Shown: positions 23,588 through 33,052, counted from the first letter of the stretch. The stretch is DNA of 64,000 bases from Planctomycetota bacterium (GCA_965223545.1 OZ245006.1:896001-960000); one strand, 5' to 3'. The notes: a model not told the origin generated them from the sequence alone. Numbers and translations are program-made.

Positions 23588-24820
23588 TCAGCGGGTGGCG
23601 CGGATCTCGATTTCGGCGCCGCGCGGCACGACCCTGAAGAAGTCCTCGATCGCCGCGTCGGCCAATCGCAGGCAGCCCGCCGACGCCATCGTCCCGATGC
23701 TCTCGGGTTCCGAGGTGCCGTGCGCCCCGAACCCGGTGAACGAGGGATGCTCGAACTTGACGAAATAGTCGCCGAGGACGTTGTCCGGATGGCCGTAGGG
23801 CACCACCCGCCCATCGGCGTACCAGTCGGGGCGCTCTTGCTTCGCGCCGATGGTGAAGGTCTCCTCCGGGGTGCAGTCGTCGGCACCGTGCCCGACCCAG
23901 TAGAAGCGGAAGATCACGTCCCCGACGTAGAGGGCCATCGAGTAGCTGCGCTTCTCCACCACCCCGCGGATCGGGTCCACGGGCACCTTGACCACTTGAC
24001 CGGCGCGCAGCCGCCGCGGGTCGGTGATCCGGTTGAAGGCGGCGATCGTGCCGGACTCGACGCGGACCCCCTGGCGGCGGAAGTCACGGGAGATGCGGTC
24101 GAGAACCTCGCCCGGCTGCACCTTGTGGGTGCGGGCACCCGTCACGTGCGCCGGGTTCAATACGGTGCGGCGGAGAGGCCGCTGCATCGCCGCCCACAGC
24201 TTGTCGACGCAACCCCGTGCAGCGGCGTCACCCTTGTCGATGCGGCCGCGCATCGCCACCTCGAGAAGCCCCGTCATCGCGCGCACCGCGACGTCGGCGT
24301 CGACCTCCTCGCAGCGCTCCAGCGCGATCTCGGCCGCGCGCCGCCCGGCCGGAGTGTGCAGGAAGTCGTTGCGCCGGCCGAACAAGGCCGGCAGCGAGGC
24401 GACCTCGACCGCGCGCACCGCTTCGACCAAGGTGCTTTCGAGAGCCGGGCTCGACTGCTTGCGCAACAACGAGAACCCGGCCGCGGCCGCCGTCCAGTTG
24501 CCCGCGCGCGCCGCCTCGACCACCGCCGCCGCTTGTCGATCCGCGACCGCCGGGGACTGGCCGGCGCCACCCGGCGCCCCCTCGGACCGGTCGCCCGCGG
24601 AACCGGGAGATTGGGTCATGCGCAGGTCGCGCTGCGGGGCGTCGGCCTCGGCCGGCCCCGTCGGCCCGGCGGGTAGAGCCGCCTCGCCCGCCTCGACCGG
24701 CACGCCCGCGGCAGTCGCCATCCCCGGCGCCTGCCCATCGTCCGGGGCACTGCCACCGAGCACGCTCCACAACACCCACAAGCCGGCGCCGAGCACGCCG
24801 ATCAGAATCAACCTCTGCAT
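23588..24820 (-). CDS. Membrane-anchored L,D-transpeptidase with LysM domain
   Basis: N-terminal transmembrane helix; LysM (HKVQPGEVLDRIS...FNRITDPRRLRAGQVVKV); YkuD catalytic motif GAHGT...SAGCLRL. Confidence 0.9.
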   Translation of the reverse strand: MQRLILIGVLGAGLWVLWSVLGGSAPDDGQAPGMATAAGVPVEAGEAALPAGPTGPAEADAPQRDLRMTQSPGSAGDRSEGAPGGAGQSPAVADRQAAAVVEAARAGNWTAAAAGFSLLRKQSSPALESTLVEAVRAVEVASLPALFGRRNDFLHTPAGRRAAEIALERCEEVDADVAVRAMTGLLEVAMRGRIDKGDAAARGCVDKLWAAMQRPLRRTVLNPAHVTGARTHKVQPGEVLDRISRDFRRQGVRVESGTIAAFNRITDPRRLRAGQVVKVPVDPIRGVVEKRSYSMALYVGDVIFRFYWVGHGADDCTPEETFTIGAKQERPDWYADGRVVPYGHPDNVLGDYFVKFEHPSFTGFGAHGTSEPESIGTMASAGCLRLADAAIEDFFRVVPRGAEIEIRATR

Positions 24821-24924
24821 CCCAAGCCTCCGTTGAGGGGTCCGGCAGCCTCGCGGTCGCCGGCCCACACCGCCGACCTCCGCGGCCCTGCAGCACGCAG
24901 CCATACCACGGAGGAAGTCGAGGC

Positions 24925-25120
24925 TCCCCCACCGCATGCACCGTGCGGTGGGTCATGCAAGTTGAACCCTTGCGAACAAGGTGGGGACCCCCAGGGGAAT
25001 TTGGACCGTATCGCGGAGTTCCGCGACGTCCGCCTTACCCACAGGGTCGGCCCCCGGAGGGAGAGCATCGGTTCAACTTTTGCTGCACCCAGCGACCACG
25101 CGTGCCGCAGTGCGAGAGCA
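24925..25120 (-). ncRNA. ssrS: 6S RNA (SsrS)
   Basis: Rod-like fold on the minus strand: AAGTTGAACC/GGTTCAACTT, TGGGT/ACCCA, GCAC/GTGC and CACTGCG/TGCGGTG pair; 3' CCCACCTT...GGGTTCAA motif typical of 6S; about 190 nt; own promoter. Ends are approximate. Confidence 0.8.
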
Positions 25121-25135
25121 TCGGCTTGGTGATCT

Positions 25136-25163
25136 AGACTATCCCGGCGCCGGCGTCAGGCAA
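25136..25163 (-). promoter_or_regulatory. Promoter for the 6S RNA
   Basis: TTGCCT - 16 nt - TAGTCT immediately upstream of the RNA. Confidence 0.55.
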
Positions 25164-25263
25164 CCTCTCGCGGAGTGCCAATCGGAGTTTCCAGCCGCGG
25201 CTCCGTTGCCGTCGCGACCCACTCGGTTTCTTGGTGCGGCCCCGGCCGCGGTGAGAAGCTCCG

Positions 25264-26274
25264 CTACCAAGGGTGCTGCGCGACGCTGTCCAGGATGCGC
25301 TGGGCAACTTCGAGCGCGGCCACTCCGTCCTCGCCACTGACCAACGGCCGCGTGCGCTCGCGCACGCAGGTCAAGAACGCATCCAGCTGGTCGGCCAACG
25401 GGTTGCCCTGATCGAGGGCGTACTGCTCCACGGAGAGCAGGCCCTCGAAAACGTACTTCCAGAGGTTGTCGATCTTGCCCGGGTCGATGGCGGCGACGTC
25501 CAGCTTCTGGAGGTCCCAGCCCTCGTTCTTGCGGATGACCACGCCGTGCGCCTCGTGGAAGTCGAGGCTGGCGTAGGAGTCCTTCGAGAACAGACGCATC
25601 CGCCGCATCGGCTTCAGCGCGACCCGGCTCGCGGTCAAATGCGCGACCGCTCCGTTCTCGAACTTGAGGATCGCGCTGCACATGTCCTCGGCCGGCGTGA
25701 ACAAGGCACCACCGAACGCCTCGACCGCGCGCACCGGCGAATCCACCACCGACAGCACCAAGTCGAGGTCGTGGATCATCAAATCCAGCACCACCCCGAT
25801 GTCCATGCTGCGGAAGGTCAGCGCGCCGAGCCGCTGTGCCTCGATGTAGCGCGGTTGCAGGCGCAGGTCGCCGATCGACTTGACCGCCGAGTTGAAGCGT
25901 TCGACGTGGCCGACCTGCAGAATCCGTCCGCCACTGGCCGCCAGCTGGACCAGCTCTCGGCCCTGATCCAGGGTCAGCGCGATCGGCTTCTCCACCAGGA
26001 CGTCGACACCCTCGGCCAAGAAGGACCCTGCGACCTCGTGATGCCCGCTGGTCGGCACCGCGACACAGACCGCCTCGACGCGTCCGCGCAGCTCGGTGTA
26101 GTCCTCGTGCACCGCGACACCGTGGGTTTCCGCCGCAGCCGCGCGCGCCTCCGGCTTGCTGTCGGCGATGGCCACCAGCTCGGCGCGCGGGTTGGCGGCC
26201 AACAGGCGCGCGTGGTGACGGCCCAGATGACCGAACCCCACCACGCCGATCCGCACCGGCTCGTGCTCAGGCAT
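25264..26274 (-). CDS. Gfo/Idh/MocA oxidoreductase, GnnA-like (UDP-GlcNAc 3-dehydrogenase candidate)
   Basis: VVGFGHLGRHH, VLVEKPIA, QVGHVERFN and VVLDLMIHDLD; overlaps the lpxC-fabZ stop. Confidence 0.85.
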   Translation of the reverse strand: MPEHEPVRIGVVGFGHLGRHHARLLAANPRAELVAIADSKPEARAAAAETHGVAVHEDYTELRGRVEAVCVAVPTSGHHEVAGSFLAEGVDVLVEKPIALTLDQGRELVQLAASGGRILQVGHVERFNSAVKSIGDLRLQPRYIEAQRLGALTFRSMDIGVVLDLMIHDLDLVLSVVDSPVRAVEAFGGALFTPAEDMCSAILKFENGAVAHLTASRVALKPMRRMRLFSKDSYASLDFHEAHGVVIRKNEGWDLQKLDVAAIDPGKIDNLWKYVFEGLLSVEQYALDQGNPLADQLDAFLTCVRERTRPLVSGEDGVAALEVAQRILDSVAQHPW

Positions 26275-27592
26275 CGACCAGCGTGAACTTGAGCTGGGCC
26301 TCGGCAACCAGCTTGCCGGCGACCTTGCACCGCGCCTGGACGTGGCCGACCGACGGCTTCAGGCGCAGCGTCTCGACTTCGATCCGCAGCTGGTCGCCGG
26401 GCACCACCGCACCGCGCAGCTTGACCTTGTCGATGCTCCACAGCACCGCCAACTTGCCGGTGTTGGCCAGCTTGCGCAGCAACAGCACGCCCGAGAGCTG
26501 GGCCATCGCCTCCAGCTGCAGGACACCGGGCATGATCGGCTGTCCGGGCCAGTGTCCCTGGAAGAACGGCTCGTTGATGGTCACGTTCTTGATCGCCACC
26601 GCCCGCTGATACCCGTCGAGCTCGATCACCCGATCCACCAGCAAGAAGGGATAGCGGTGCGGCAGCAGGTTGAGGATGTCGCGGATGTCCAGCCCGCTCT
26701 CGCGGACGACCTCGCCACGGTTCTCCTCCTCCTCGATGACCTCGACCAGCCGGTGTGCCAACTTGGAGTTGAGCGAGTGCCCCGACCGCGTCGCGATCAC
26801 GTGGGCGTCGAGATCGACGCCGACCGTGGCCAGGTCGCCGATCAGATCCAGCACCTTGTGCCGCGCCAGCTCGTCGTCACAGCGCAGCACGTTCTCCTTG
26901 ATGCGCCCGTCGGCGCTGACCACGAGCGTGTTCTGGTAGTTCGCGCCCTTGCCCAAGCCCGCCGCCCGCAACGCCTCGACCTCGTGCTCGAACACGAAGG
27001 TCCGCGCCATCGCGATGTCACTGGCGAAGCTGTCGGCGCTGAGGCGCACCGAAACGGTCTGCCGCGTGCGCAGGCCGCTGCCATTGCCACTCGCGTTCTG
27101 CGGGTAGTCGAGGTGGTAGTCCACCGACAGGGCGCCCTCGCCGGGCAGCGCCACCAGACTGGCATCCCCTTCGCGGACGTAGATCGGCTCGGCCACCGCG
27201 TAGCGCGGCCTCGTCGCCTTCAGCTCGGTGACGCCGACCTCCCGCAGTCGTTCGGTGAACTCGCGCGCCGAACCGTCCATGCCGGGCAGCTCCTCGCCGT
27301 CGATCTCCACCAGGGCGTTGTCGACCGACAGAGCCCACAGCGCCGCCAGCAGGTGCTCGCAGGTGTAGACCTCGGCGGCGCCGTTCTTCAAGCAGCTGCG
27401 GCGCTCGCGCGGCTTCAAGTTGGCCGCCGACGCGCGCACCTCCGGCTCCTCGCTGAGATCCTTGCGCACGAACGTGACCCCGACCCCCGCGTCGGCCGGC
27501 AGCACCCGAACCCTGGTCTCCTCCCCGCTGTGCAACCCGACGCCGCGGAACTCCACCGGAGCTCTCACGGTTGTCTGTGTCCGGCTCTGCAC
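26267..27592 (-). CDS. lpxC: Bifunctional LpxC-FabZ fusion
   Basis: LpxC: GVGLHSG, TCEHLLAAL, PGMDGSA, ARTF and RHKVLDLIGDL. FabZ: LPHRYPFLLVDRV and FQGHWPGQPIMPGVLQLEAMAQ. Confidence 0.95.
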   Translation of the reverse strand: MQSRTQTTVRAPVEFRGVGLHSGEETRVRVLPADAGVGVTFVRKDLSEEPEVRASAANLKPRERRSCLKNGAAEVYTCEHLLAALWALSVDNALVEIDGEELPGMDGSAREFTERLREVGVTELKATRPRYAVAEPIYVREGDASLVALPGEGALSVDYHLDYPQNASGNGSGLRTRQTVSVRLSADSFASDIAMARTFVFEHEVEALRAAGLGKGANYQNTLVVSADGRIKENVLRCDDELARHKVLDLIGDLATVGVDLDAHVIATRSGHSLNSKLAHRLVEVIEEEENRGEVVRESGLDIRDILNLLPHRYPFLLVDRVIELDGYQRAVAIKNVTINEPFFQGHWPGQPIMPGVLQLEAMAQLSGVLLLRKLANTGKLAVLWSIDKVKLRGAVVPGDQLRIEVETLRLKPSVGHVQARCKVAGKLVAEAQLKFTLVDA

Positions 27593-27636
27593 TGTGGGAT
27601 CGATCGAGAAGAGTTGGGAAGCGGTTGAATCGCGAC

Positions 27637-28326
27637 TCAGCGGTTGCCGTCGGGACTCGGCGGCCCTGCATCGGCGTCGGAGTACGCGGGCGACTTGAGC
27701 AGCTTGATCACGTCGTCCGTCAGGTCGAGGGCCTGGTGGTGGTAGAGCACGTCGCCGTAGCTGCTGCGCGCCAGGGTCCGCGTGACCGAGGCGTCCTGCG
27801 CCAGCGGAAACGACCGCAGCACGAGCAGCACACCGGTCTTCTGCGCGAGCTCGGCGATGGCCCGATCGAGGTCCTTGTGGAACTGGGCCTCGAGCCGGTC
27901 GCGTTCGATCTTGAACCGCTCGAGCTCGAACTTGTGCCGCGCCTCGAGCGCGGAGCGCGCGGCCTCCCACGCCGCGTTGGCCCCGATCCACTCCGGCGAC
28001 AGGAAGTCGCGCGAGTCCCGTTCGAACGCCAAGCCGTCGACCCGTTCCTTCTCCGCCTGGAGGGCGGCCTCGGTATCGTCCTTGGCGGCGCGCAGTGCAT
28101 CCATCTGCTGGCGCGCCTTGGGCGATGCCTGCAGGCTGCGCTCGACGTCCACCACCGCGACCCACCGTCGCATCTGCTCCGCACCGTCGGGGAGCGCTTG
28201 CTCCGCCGGCGGGGTGCCTGGCGCAACCGGATCCTGCGCCGCCATCGGCGCGATGATCCCTGCGCAGCAACAGAGCAGCAGCTCGGAAGGACTTCGCAAC
28301 GCACGGACAACTGGCACTCGGCGCAT
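27637..28326 (-). CDS. skp: OmpH/Skp-family periplasmic chaperone
   Basis: VAVVDVERSL, a long coiled coil, AIAELAQKTGVLLVL and C-terminal VLYHHQALDLTDDVIKLL; usual position before lpx genes. Start uncertain. Confidence 0.8.
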   Translation of the reverse strand: MRRVPVVRALRSPSELLLCCCAGIIAPMAAQDPVAPGTPPAEQALPDGAEQMRRWVAVVDVERSLQASPKARQQMDALRAAKDDTEAALQAEKERVDGLAFERDSRDFLSPEWIGANAAWEAARSALEARHKFELERFKIERDRLEAQFHKDLDRAIAELAQKTGVLLVLRSFPLAQDASVTRTLARSSYGDVLYHHQALDLTDDVIKLLKSPAYSDADAGPPSPDGNR

Positions 28327-28400
28327 GCCGGTATCCTCTCCGCTCCGCCACTCGGAGACAACAGTTGGCGCCGCCGGCGGCGGTTTCGAAACCCGGACGG

Positions 28401-29867
28401 CTACTGGTCGGTGAACACCAGCGCGGGGCCGGCCGCCAGCTCCTCCACCACCGCCGCGGCCAGCGCACCGATCTCGACCGCCTCTTCGGCCATGACCAGC
28501 GCGGCGACGTCGGAGGGCCGGCGATAGTGCTCGTGCACCCCCGTGTGGAAACGCAACGCCGGGATCCCGCGGCGCAGGAAGCTCCAGTGGTCCGATGGCG
28601 CCCCGGCGCCATCGCGCGGTGCCACGGCCAGGGGCGAGGCCTCGAACAACGGGCGCAGCCGCGCACGCCAGCGCCGCGCACTCCCGACCCCGTCGACGCG
28701 CACACCGTTGGCGCCGCGCCCCACCGTGTCGAGGTTGACCATCGCGGTCACTGCGGCGGGCAGCCCGGGCGCCTCGAGCAGCCGACGGCTGCCCTGCATG
28801 CCGAGCTCGCCGGCACCGAACGCGGCAAACACGATGGTACGTGGCGGCCTCGCCCCGCTGGCCAGCTGCCGCGCCACCTGCAGCAACACGGCGACGCCCG
28901 AAGCGTTGTCGTCGGCCCCCGGGTGCAACACTCCGACGGCCGCGGTCCCGCCGAGCGAGCCGGTGCGGCCGAAGCCCAGGTGATCGTGATGCGCGCCGAC
29001 CACGACACACTCGTCCGCATAGCGCGGGTCGCCGCCGGGCAGGACGCCCACCACGTTGGCGGTCGGCCGCGGCGGCGGCGCCGGCTCGAGCATCAAGCGG
29101 GTGCGCAGCCAGAGTTCGCCCGGTCGACCGGCGAGGACGGCGGCGACGGCAGCGCGCGAGACCCAAAACGCCGGGATCTCGGCCCGCGCGCCGATCCGCG
29201 CCGCGAGCCGCTGCTCGTCGGCATCGGTGTCACACGCGTGGCACAGCAGGATCGCTGCCGCGCCCCGGCGCTGCGCCTCTTCGATCTTGGCCCGGAAGGT
29301 GATCGCGCGCCGCGCCGCGGCAGCATCGGCGGGCAGCGCGGCCGGTCCACGGCGCAGGATCAACACCGCCTTGCCGCGCACATCGAGCCCGGCGTAGTCG
29401 TCGTGGTCGAACTCGGGCAACACCATGCCGTGGCCCACGGCGACCACCGGCGCCTCCACCCGCCCCTCGCCGGTGCGCGCCAAGGGGAACAACCCCTGCC
29501 CCAACCAGGCCGCGGCCCGCCCGTCACCACAGGGCGAGTTGCCCCGGTGCTGCACCAGCTCCGCGGTCGAGTCGGCGGAGAGGGCGCACGGGTGCGCGTC
29601 CACCGCCTCGAAGCGGTGCACGAAGCCGGAGTCTGCCGCACCCAGGGGCGCCAGCCCGATCTCGGCGAACCGCCCCGCGAGGTAGTCGACCGTGTAGGCG
29701 TCGCCGCGCGAGCCCGCGCGGCGCCCCCCCGCCCGGCACGACGTCAACACCTCGAGATCGCCGCGCAGCTGGCAAACCGGGGCCATCGACTGTTCGCCCT
29801 GCGGCTCGATGACCGGCCGGGGACCGAAGGCAGTGATCAGGCAGGTCAGGGCGGCGAGGGCGAGCAT
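28401..29867 (-). CDS. M28-family peptidase homolog with PA domain (active site degenerate)
   Basis: VVVGAHHDHLG, GADDNASG, NLDTVGR and SDHWSF; PA domain DDYAGLDVRGKAVLIL. Confidence 0.85.
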   Translation of the reverse strand: MLALAALTCLITAFGPRPVIEPQGEQSMAPVCQLRGDLEVLTSCRAGGRRAGSRGDAYTVDYLAGRFAEIGLAPLGAADSGFVHRFEAVDAHPCALSADSTAELVQHRGNSPCGDGRAAAWLGQGLFPLARTGEGRVEAPVVAVGHGMVLPEFDHDDYAGLDVRGKAVLILRRGPAALPADAAAARRAITFRAKIEEAQRRGAAAILLCHACDTDADEQRLAARIGARAEIPAFWVSRAAVAAVLAGRPGELWLRTRLMLEPAPPPRPTANVVGVLPGGDPRYADECVVVGAHHDHLGFGRTGSLGGTAAVGVLHPGADDNASGVAVLLQVARQLASGARPPRTIVFAAFGAGELGMQGSRRLLEAPGLPAAVTAMVNLDTVGRGANGVRVDGVGSARRWRARLRPLFEASPLAVAPRDGAGAPSDHWSFLRRGIPALRFHTGVHEHYRRPSDVAALVMAEEAVEIGALAAAVVEELAAGPALVFTDQ

Positions 29868-29919
29868 GATCGTTGGGCGACTGCCATGCTACGCAACGAC
29901 CGCGCGGAGCGTTGGTGGA

Positions 29920-30747
29920 CTACGGGGTGATTTCCCGCAGCTCGACCTCGAACACCAACGGCTCGTTGGCGCCGATCTTCGGCGGACTGCCGCGCTCCCC
30001 GTAGGCCAGTTCCGGCGGGATCTTCAGCCAGCGCGTCTCGCCGACCTTCATTCCCGGCAGACCGAACTGCCAGCCCTGCACCACGTTGTTGAGGTCGAGC
30101 CGCGTCGCGCCGCCGGGCGGGGTGCTGTCGAAGACGACGCCGTTCTTGGCGAGGATTCCGGTGTAGGCGAACTGACCGGCCTGGCCAGGGGCGATGGCCT
30201 CGCCCTCGCCCTCCTGGACACGCCGCACCTCGAGGCTGTCGACGATCTCGACCAACTCGAGATCGTAGGAGAGGCGGGCGTTCTCGGGTACGCCCGCCAT
30301 CTGCTGCGGCCGGCCGGAGAGGCCGACGCTGGGCGGCACCTCGATCCGCCGTCGTTCGCCGACCCGCATGCCATCGGCCCCCAGTGCCAGTCCCTCGGCC
30401 ACGGCCGGCGGCAGCAAGCGCAGGGTCTGCGGCTCGGTGTCGTACGTGTTGCGGAAGATCCGGCCGGTGGCCAGCGAGCCGATGTAGTGGAACCGCCCGA
30501 TCATGCCGTAGCGGATCGGATCCCCGTCGCCCTCCGCCAGCGTCTCGACCGCGAGCCCTTCGACGCTGTCGACCGCACGCGGCGGCGCCATCGCGAAGTC
30601 GACCAGCGGCGCATCGGAGGTCATCAAGTCGGTGCGCTTGATCTCGGGAGTGTCGGTCACATTTTCCTCGGCCGCGGCGCCGTCATTGGCCCGATTGCAG
30701 GCCGCCAACAGGGCCGCGAGCGCGGCGTATCGCAGGACATGGCTCAT
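29920..30747 (-). CDS. Lipoprotein with two FKBP-type peptidyl-prolyl isomerase domains
   Basis: LAAC lipobox; domain 1 (HYIGSL...GMRVGERRRIEVPP) and domain 2 (YTGILAKNGVVFDST...VVQGWQFGLPGMKVGETRWLKIPPELAYG). Confidence 0.9.
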   Translation of the reverse strand: MSHVLRYAALAALLAACNRANDGAAAEENVTDTPEIKRTDLMTSDAPLVDFAMAPPRAVDSVEGLAVETLAEGDGDPIRYGMIGRFHYIGSLATGRIFRNTYDTEPQTLRLLPPAVAEGLALGADGMRVGERRRIEVPPSVGLSGRPQQMAGVPENARLSYDLELVEIVDSLEVRRVQEGEGEAIAPGQAGQFAYTGILAKNGVVFDSTPPGGATRLDLNNVVQGWQFGLPGMKVGETRWLKIPPELAYGERGSPPKIGANEPLVFEVELREITP

Positions 30748-30838
30748 CGCGGGCGATAGCATGCCGGCACGACGCGGCGGAAAGAAGGGTGCACGCCAGG
30801 TTCCCCGGCTCCGGGTCGGGTCGCCCGCGGATTGCGGC

Positions 30839-33052
30839 TCAGAACCGAACCGTGTAGCCGACCTTGACCGTGACGTCTTGATTGGTCGGGATCAGCGGCG
30901 CCGCGTGCGCGGTCCGGTTCCAACCGAACACGCCGAGGACGAACAGGTCGCGCCCCGGCTCGAGCGTCCACCGTACCCGACTCTGCAGCGTCAGGTCGCG
31001 GCTCGCGGTGTCGTACTGGACGAGGTTGCGCCAGGACAAGTCCGGCGAGAAGTCGAGGTCGAGCCGCCCCTGGCTGACCCGCGTGGTGAACCGCCCACTG
31101 TCGAGACGGACCTGAAAGACGTCGTGCGTCACCGCGGCGCGCCAGTGCCGGCTGGCGAACCACTGCAGCTCGCTGCCGATGCGCAGCAGGTTGCCGGTGA
31201 AGAAATCGCCCACCTCCGCCGAGGCCGATCCGGCCACCGCCCTGTGGTCCGAGCTCGACAGCCGCAGTCGGTGGCGAGTCACGGTGTAGTCGCCGGGCGG
31301 CACCGCGATGCCCGGCCGCAGCTCGAACGATTCGGGCACGCGCTCGAACTCGCGCGAGCTGGTCCAGCTCAACCGATCGAGCGACCGCAGCTGCACGCGG
31401 AGCCCCGCCGAGAACTCGTAGCTGTCCTTCTCCCCGGCCGAGGTCGTGGTCAGCTCCGGGTCCAGACTGATCTCCACCTCTCGCACCGCGCTCTGGTCCT
31501 CGCTGCGCCAGGTGTACTCGACATCTCCCGCGACCCGCCGCACGCCGCGCCGGCGGACGAACCCCAGCTTGGGGTCGAAGCCCCGATCGACGCTGTCGAT
31601 CTCCAGCTCGTGGTTCCACGACCGCGAGCGCGTGCCGAGCTGCAGCCCCCAGGCCTGGCCATCGTCGTCGCTGCCCTCGTTCTGCGATGCCAGCCAGTAG
31701 CCGGACAGCGACGCGGAGTGACCCTCGCCGAAGAAGCGGTTGTCCGCCAGTCGGAAGTCGGTGCCCGCGGTCACCGCGTCTCCAGCGCCTTCCGGCCGGC
31801 CGCCCGTGGCGATCACCCCGATCGACGACTCGTCGCCGACGTTGCGCGCCACGCGCACGACCCCCATGCCCTTCTCCGGATCGAGCGCGGTCTCGTCGAC
31901 GATCGCGCCCAGGGCCCCGATGTTCCAGTCGCCGGCGCGGCCCGCCAGCTTGGCGCCCGCGATCAGCGGTACCGGATTGCCGCTGGCATCCCGGCCGATG
32001 CGTCGGGAGAAGAAGGGCAGCACTCGGGTCGTGCCGCGGAAGCCGGAGCTGGCGCCGAACTGGAACAGGTTGGAGTCCTGCAGGAAGAACGCGCGCTTCT
32101 CGGGGAAGAACAGCGGAAAGCGGGTCAGGTTGACCTGCCGCTCGTCGACCTCGGTCTCGGCGAAGTCGGTGTTGTAGGTCAACAGCATGCTCAGCGACGG
32201 AGTCAGCCGATAGCGCAGATCGACACCGAAGTCGCCGGTGCGCTGCGTGTGCTTGCTGACCTGGCGGTCGCGCGACAGAGCCACCTTGGCGTAGGGGACG
32301 ACGTCGAGACCGATGCCCTGACGCATGCCGTGCATCCCGCGCAGCTCGCCGCCGATGGTCAGATCAAACGACCAGTAGGCCTGCAAGGGCGAAGCCCACC
32401 GCTGCTGGGTGCCGGCCGCGGCCCGCTGCCGCACCAGGTTGAAGCCCCACGCCGCGGCCTCGGGGTCGAACGCCATCGTCTTGAACGGCAGCGCGATCTC
32501 GGCCTGCCAGCCCGTGGCGGTGATCTGCGAGCGCCCGTACCAGATGCCGTCCCACCGCTTGTTGAACCCCCGCCCGCCGTCGCCCAACAGGGCATCGCCG
32601 CGACTGCCGCCGGCGCCGATCTGGAACCAGTAGGCGAAGCGCTGCGTGTTGAACGGGTCGATCCACAGCTCGATGCGGTCGTCGGGATCGAGGTTGGCGT
32701 CGCGCGTCATCAGCCGGCCGCGCACCAGGCCCGGCTGCTCCTCGCACCGCATGGCGATGTAGAGCGCGTCGTCGTCGTAGGCCAGGCGCACCTCGGTGGC
32801 CACCTCGGGCGGCGCGCCCTCGACCGGCTCCACCTGGGTGAGCCGCGACAGGACGGCGGCGGACTGCCACGCCGGATCGTCGAGCCGGCCGTCGATGCGT
32901 GGTCGCTGTTCGGCAGTCCACCGAGTCGGCACGACCGAGGGGCGCTGCGCGCTGACACCCACGCAACAGGCCAACGCGATGGCGACGTACGCGCACCGGC
33001 CGCGCCCGGATTGCGCGTGGGTTCCCTGTCGGCGGGAGAACAAGCGGCGCAC
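30839..33052 (-). CDS. CBM9-like / DUF5916 outer-membrane beta-barrel protein
   Basis: PRIDGRLDDPAW, TEVRLAYDDDALYIA, GWQAEIALPF and NTDFAETEVDERQVNLTRFPLFFPEKRAFF; C-terminal VKVGYTVRF beta-signal. Start uncertain. Confidence 0.8.
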   Translation of the reverse strand: MRRLFSRRQGTHAQSGRGRCAYVAIALACCVGVSAQRPSVVPTRWTAEQRPRIDGRLDDPAWQSAAVLSRLTQVEPVEGAPPEVATEVRLAYDDDALYIAMRCEEQPGLVRGRLMTRDANLDPDDRIELWIDPFNTQRFAYWFQIGAGGSRGDALLGDGGRGFNKRWDGIWYGRSQITATGWQAEIALPFKTMAFDPEAAAWGFNLVRQRAAAGTQQRWASPLQAYWSFDLTIGGELRGMHGMRQGIGLDVVPYAKVALSRDRQVSKHTQRTGDFGVDLRYRLTPSLSMLLTYNTDFAETEVDERQVNLTRFPLFFPEKRAFFLQDSNLFQFGASSGFRGTTRVLPFFSRRIGRDASGNPVPLIAGAKLAGRAGDWNIGALGAIVDETALDPEKGMGVVRVARNVGDESSIGVIATGGRPEGAGDAVTAGTDFRLADNRFFGEGHSASLSGYWLASQNEGSDDDGQAWGLQLGTRSRSWNHELEIDSVDRGFDPKLGFVRRRGVRRVAGDVEYTWRSEDQSAVREVEISLDPELTTTSAGEKDSYEFSAGLRVQLRSLDRLSWTSSREFERVPESFELRPGIAVPPGDYTVTRHRLRLSSSDHRAVAGSASAEVGDFFTGNLLRIGSELQWFASRHWRAAVTHDVFQVRLDSGRFTTRVSQGRLDLDFSPDLSWRNLVQYDTASRDLTLQSRVRWTLEPGRDLFVLGVFGWNRTAHAAPLIPTNQDVTVKVGYTVRF

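Noticed and set aside
26267..27592. LpxC-FabZ fusion (and the SecDF fusion) as novelties
   Set aside because: Both fusions are well known in several phyla.
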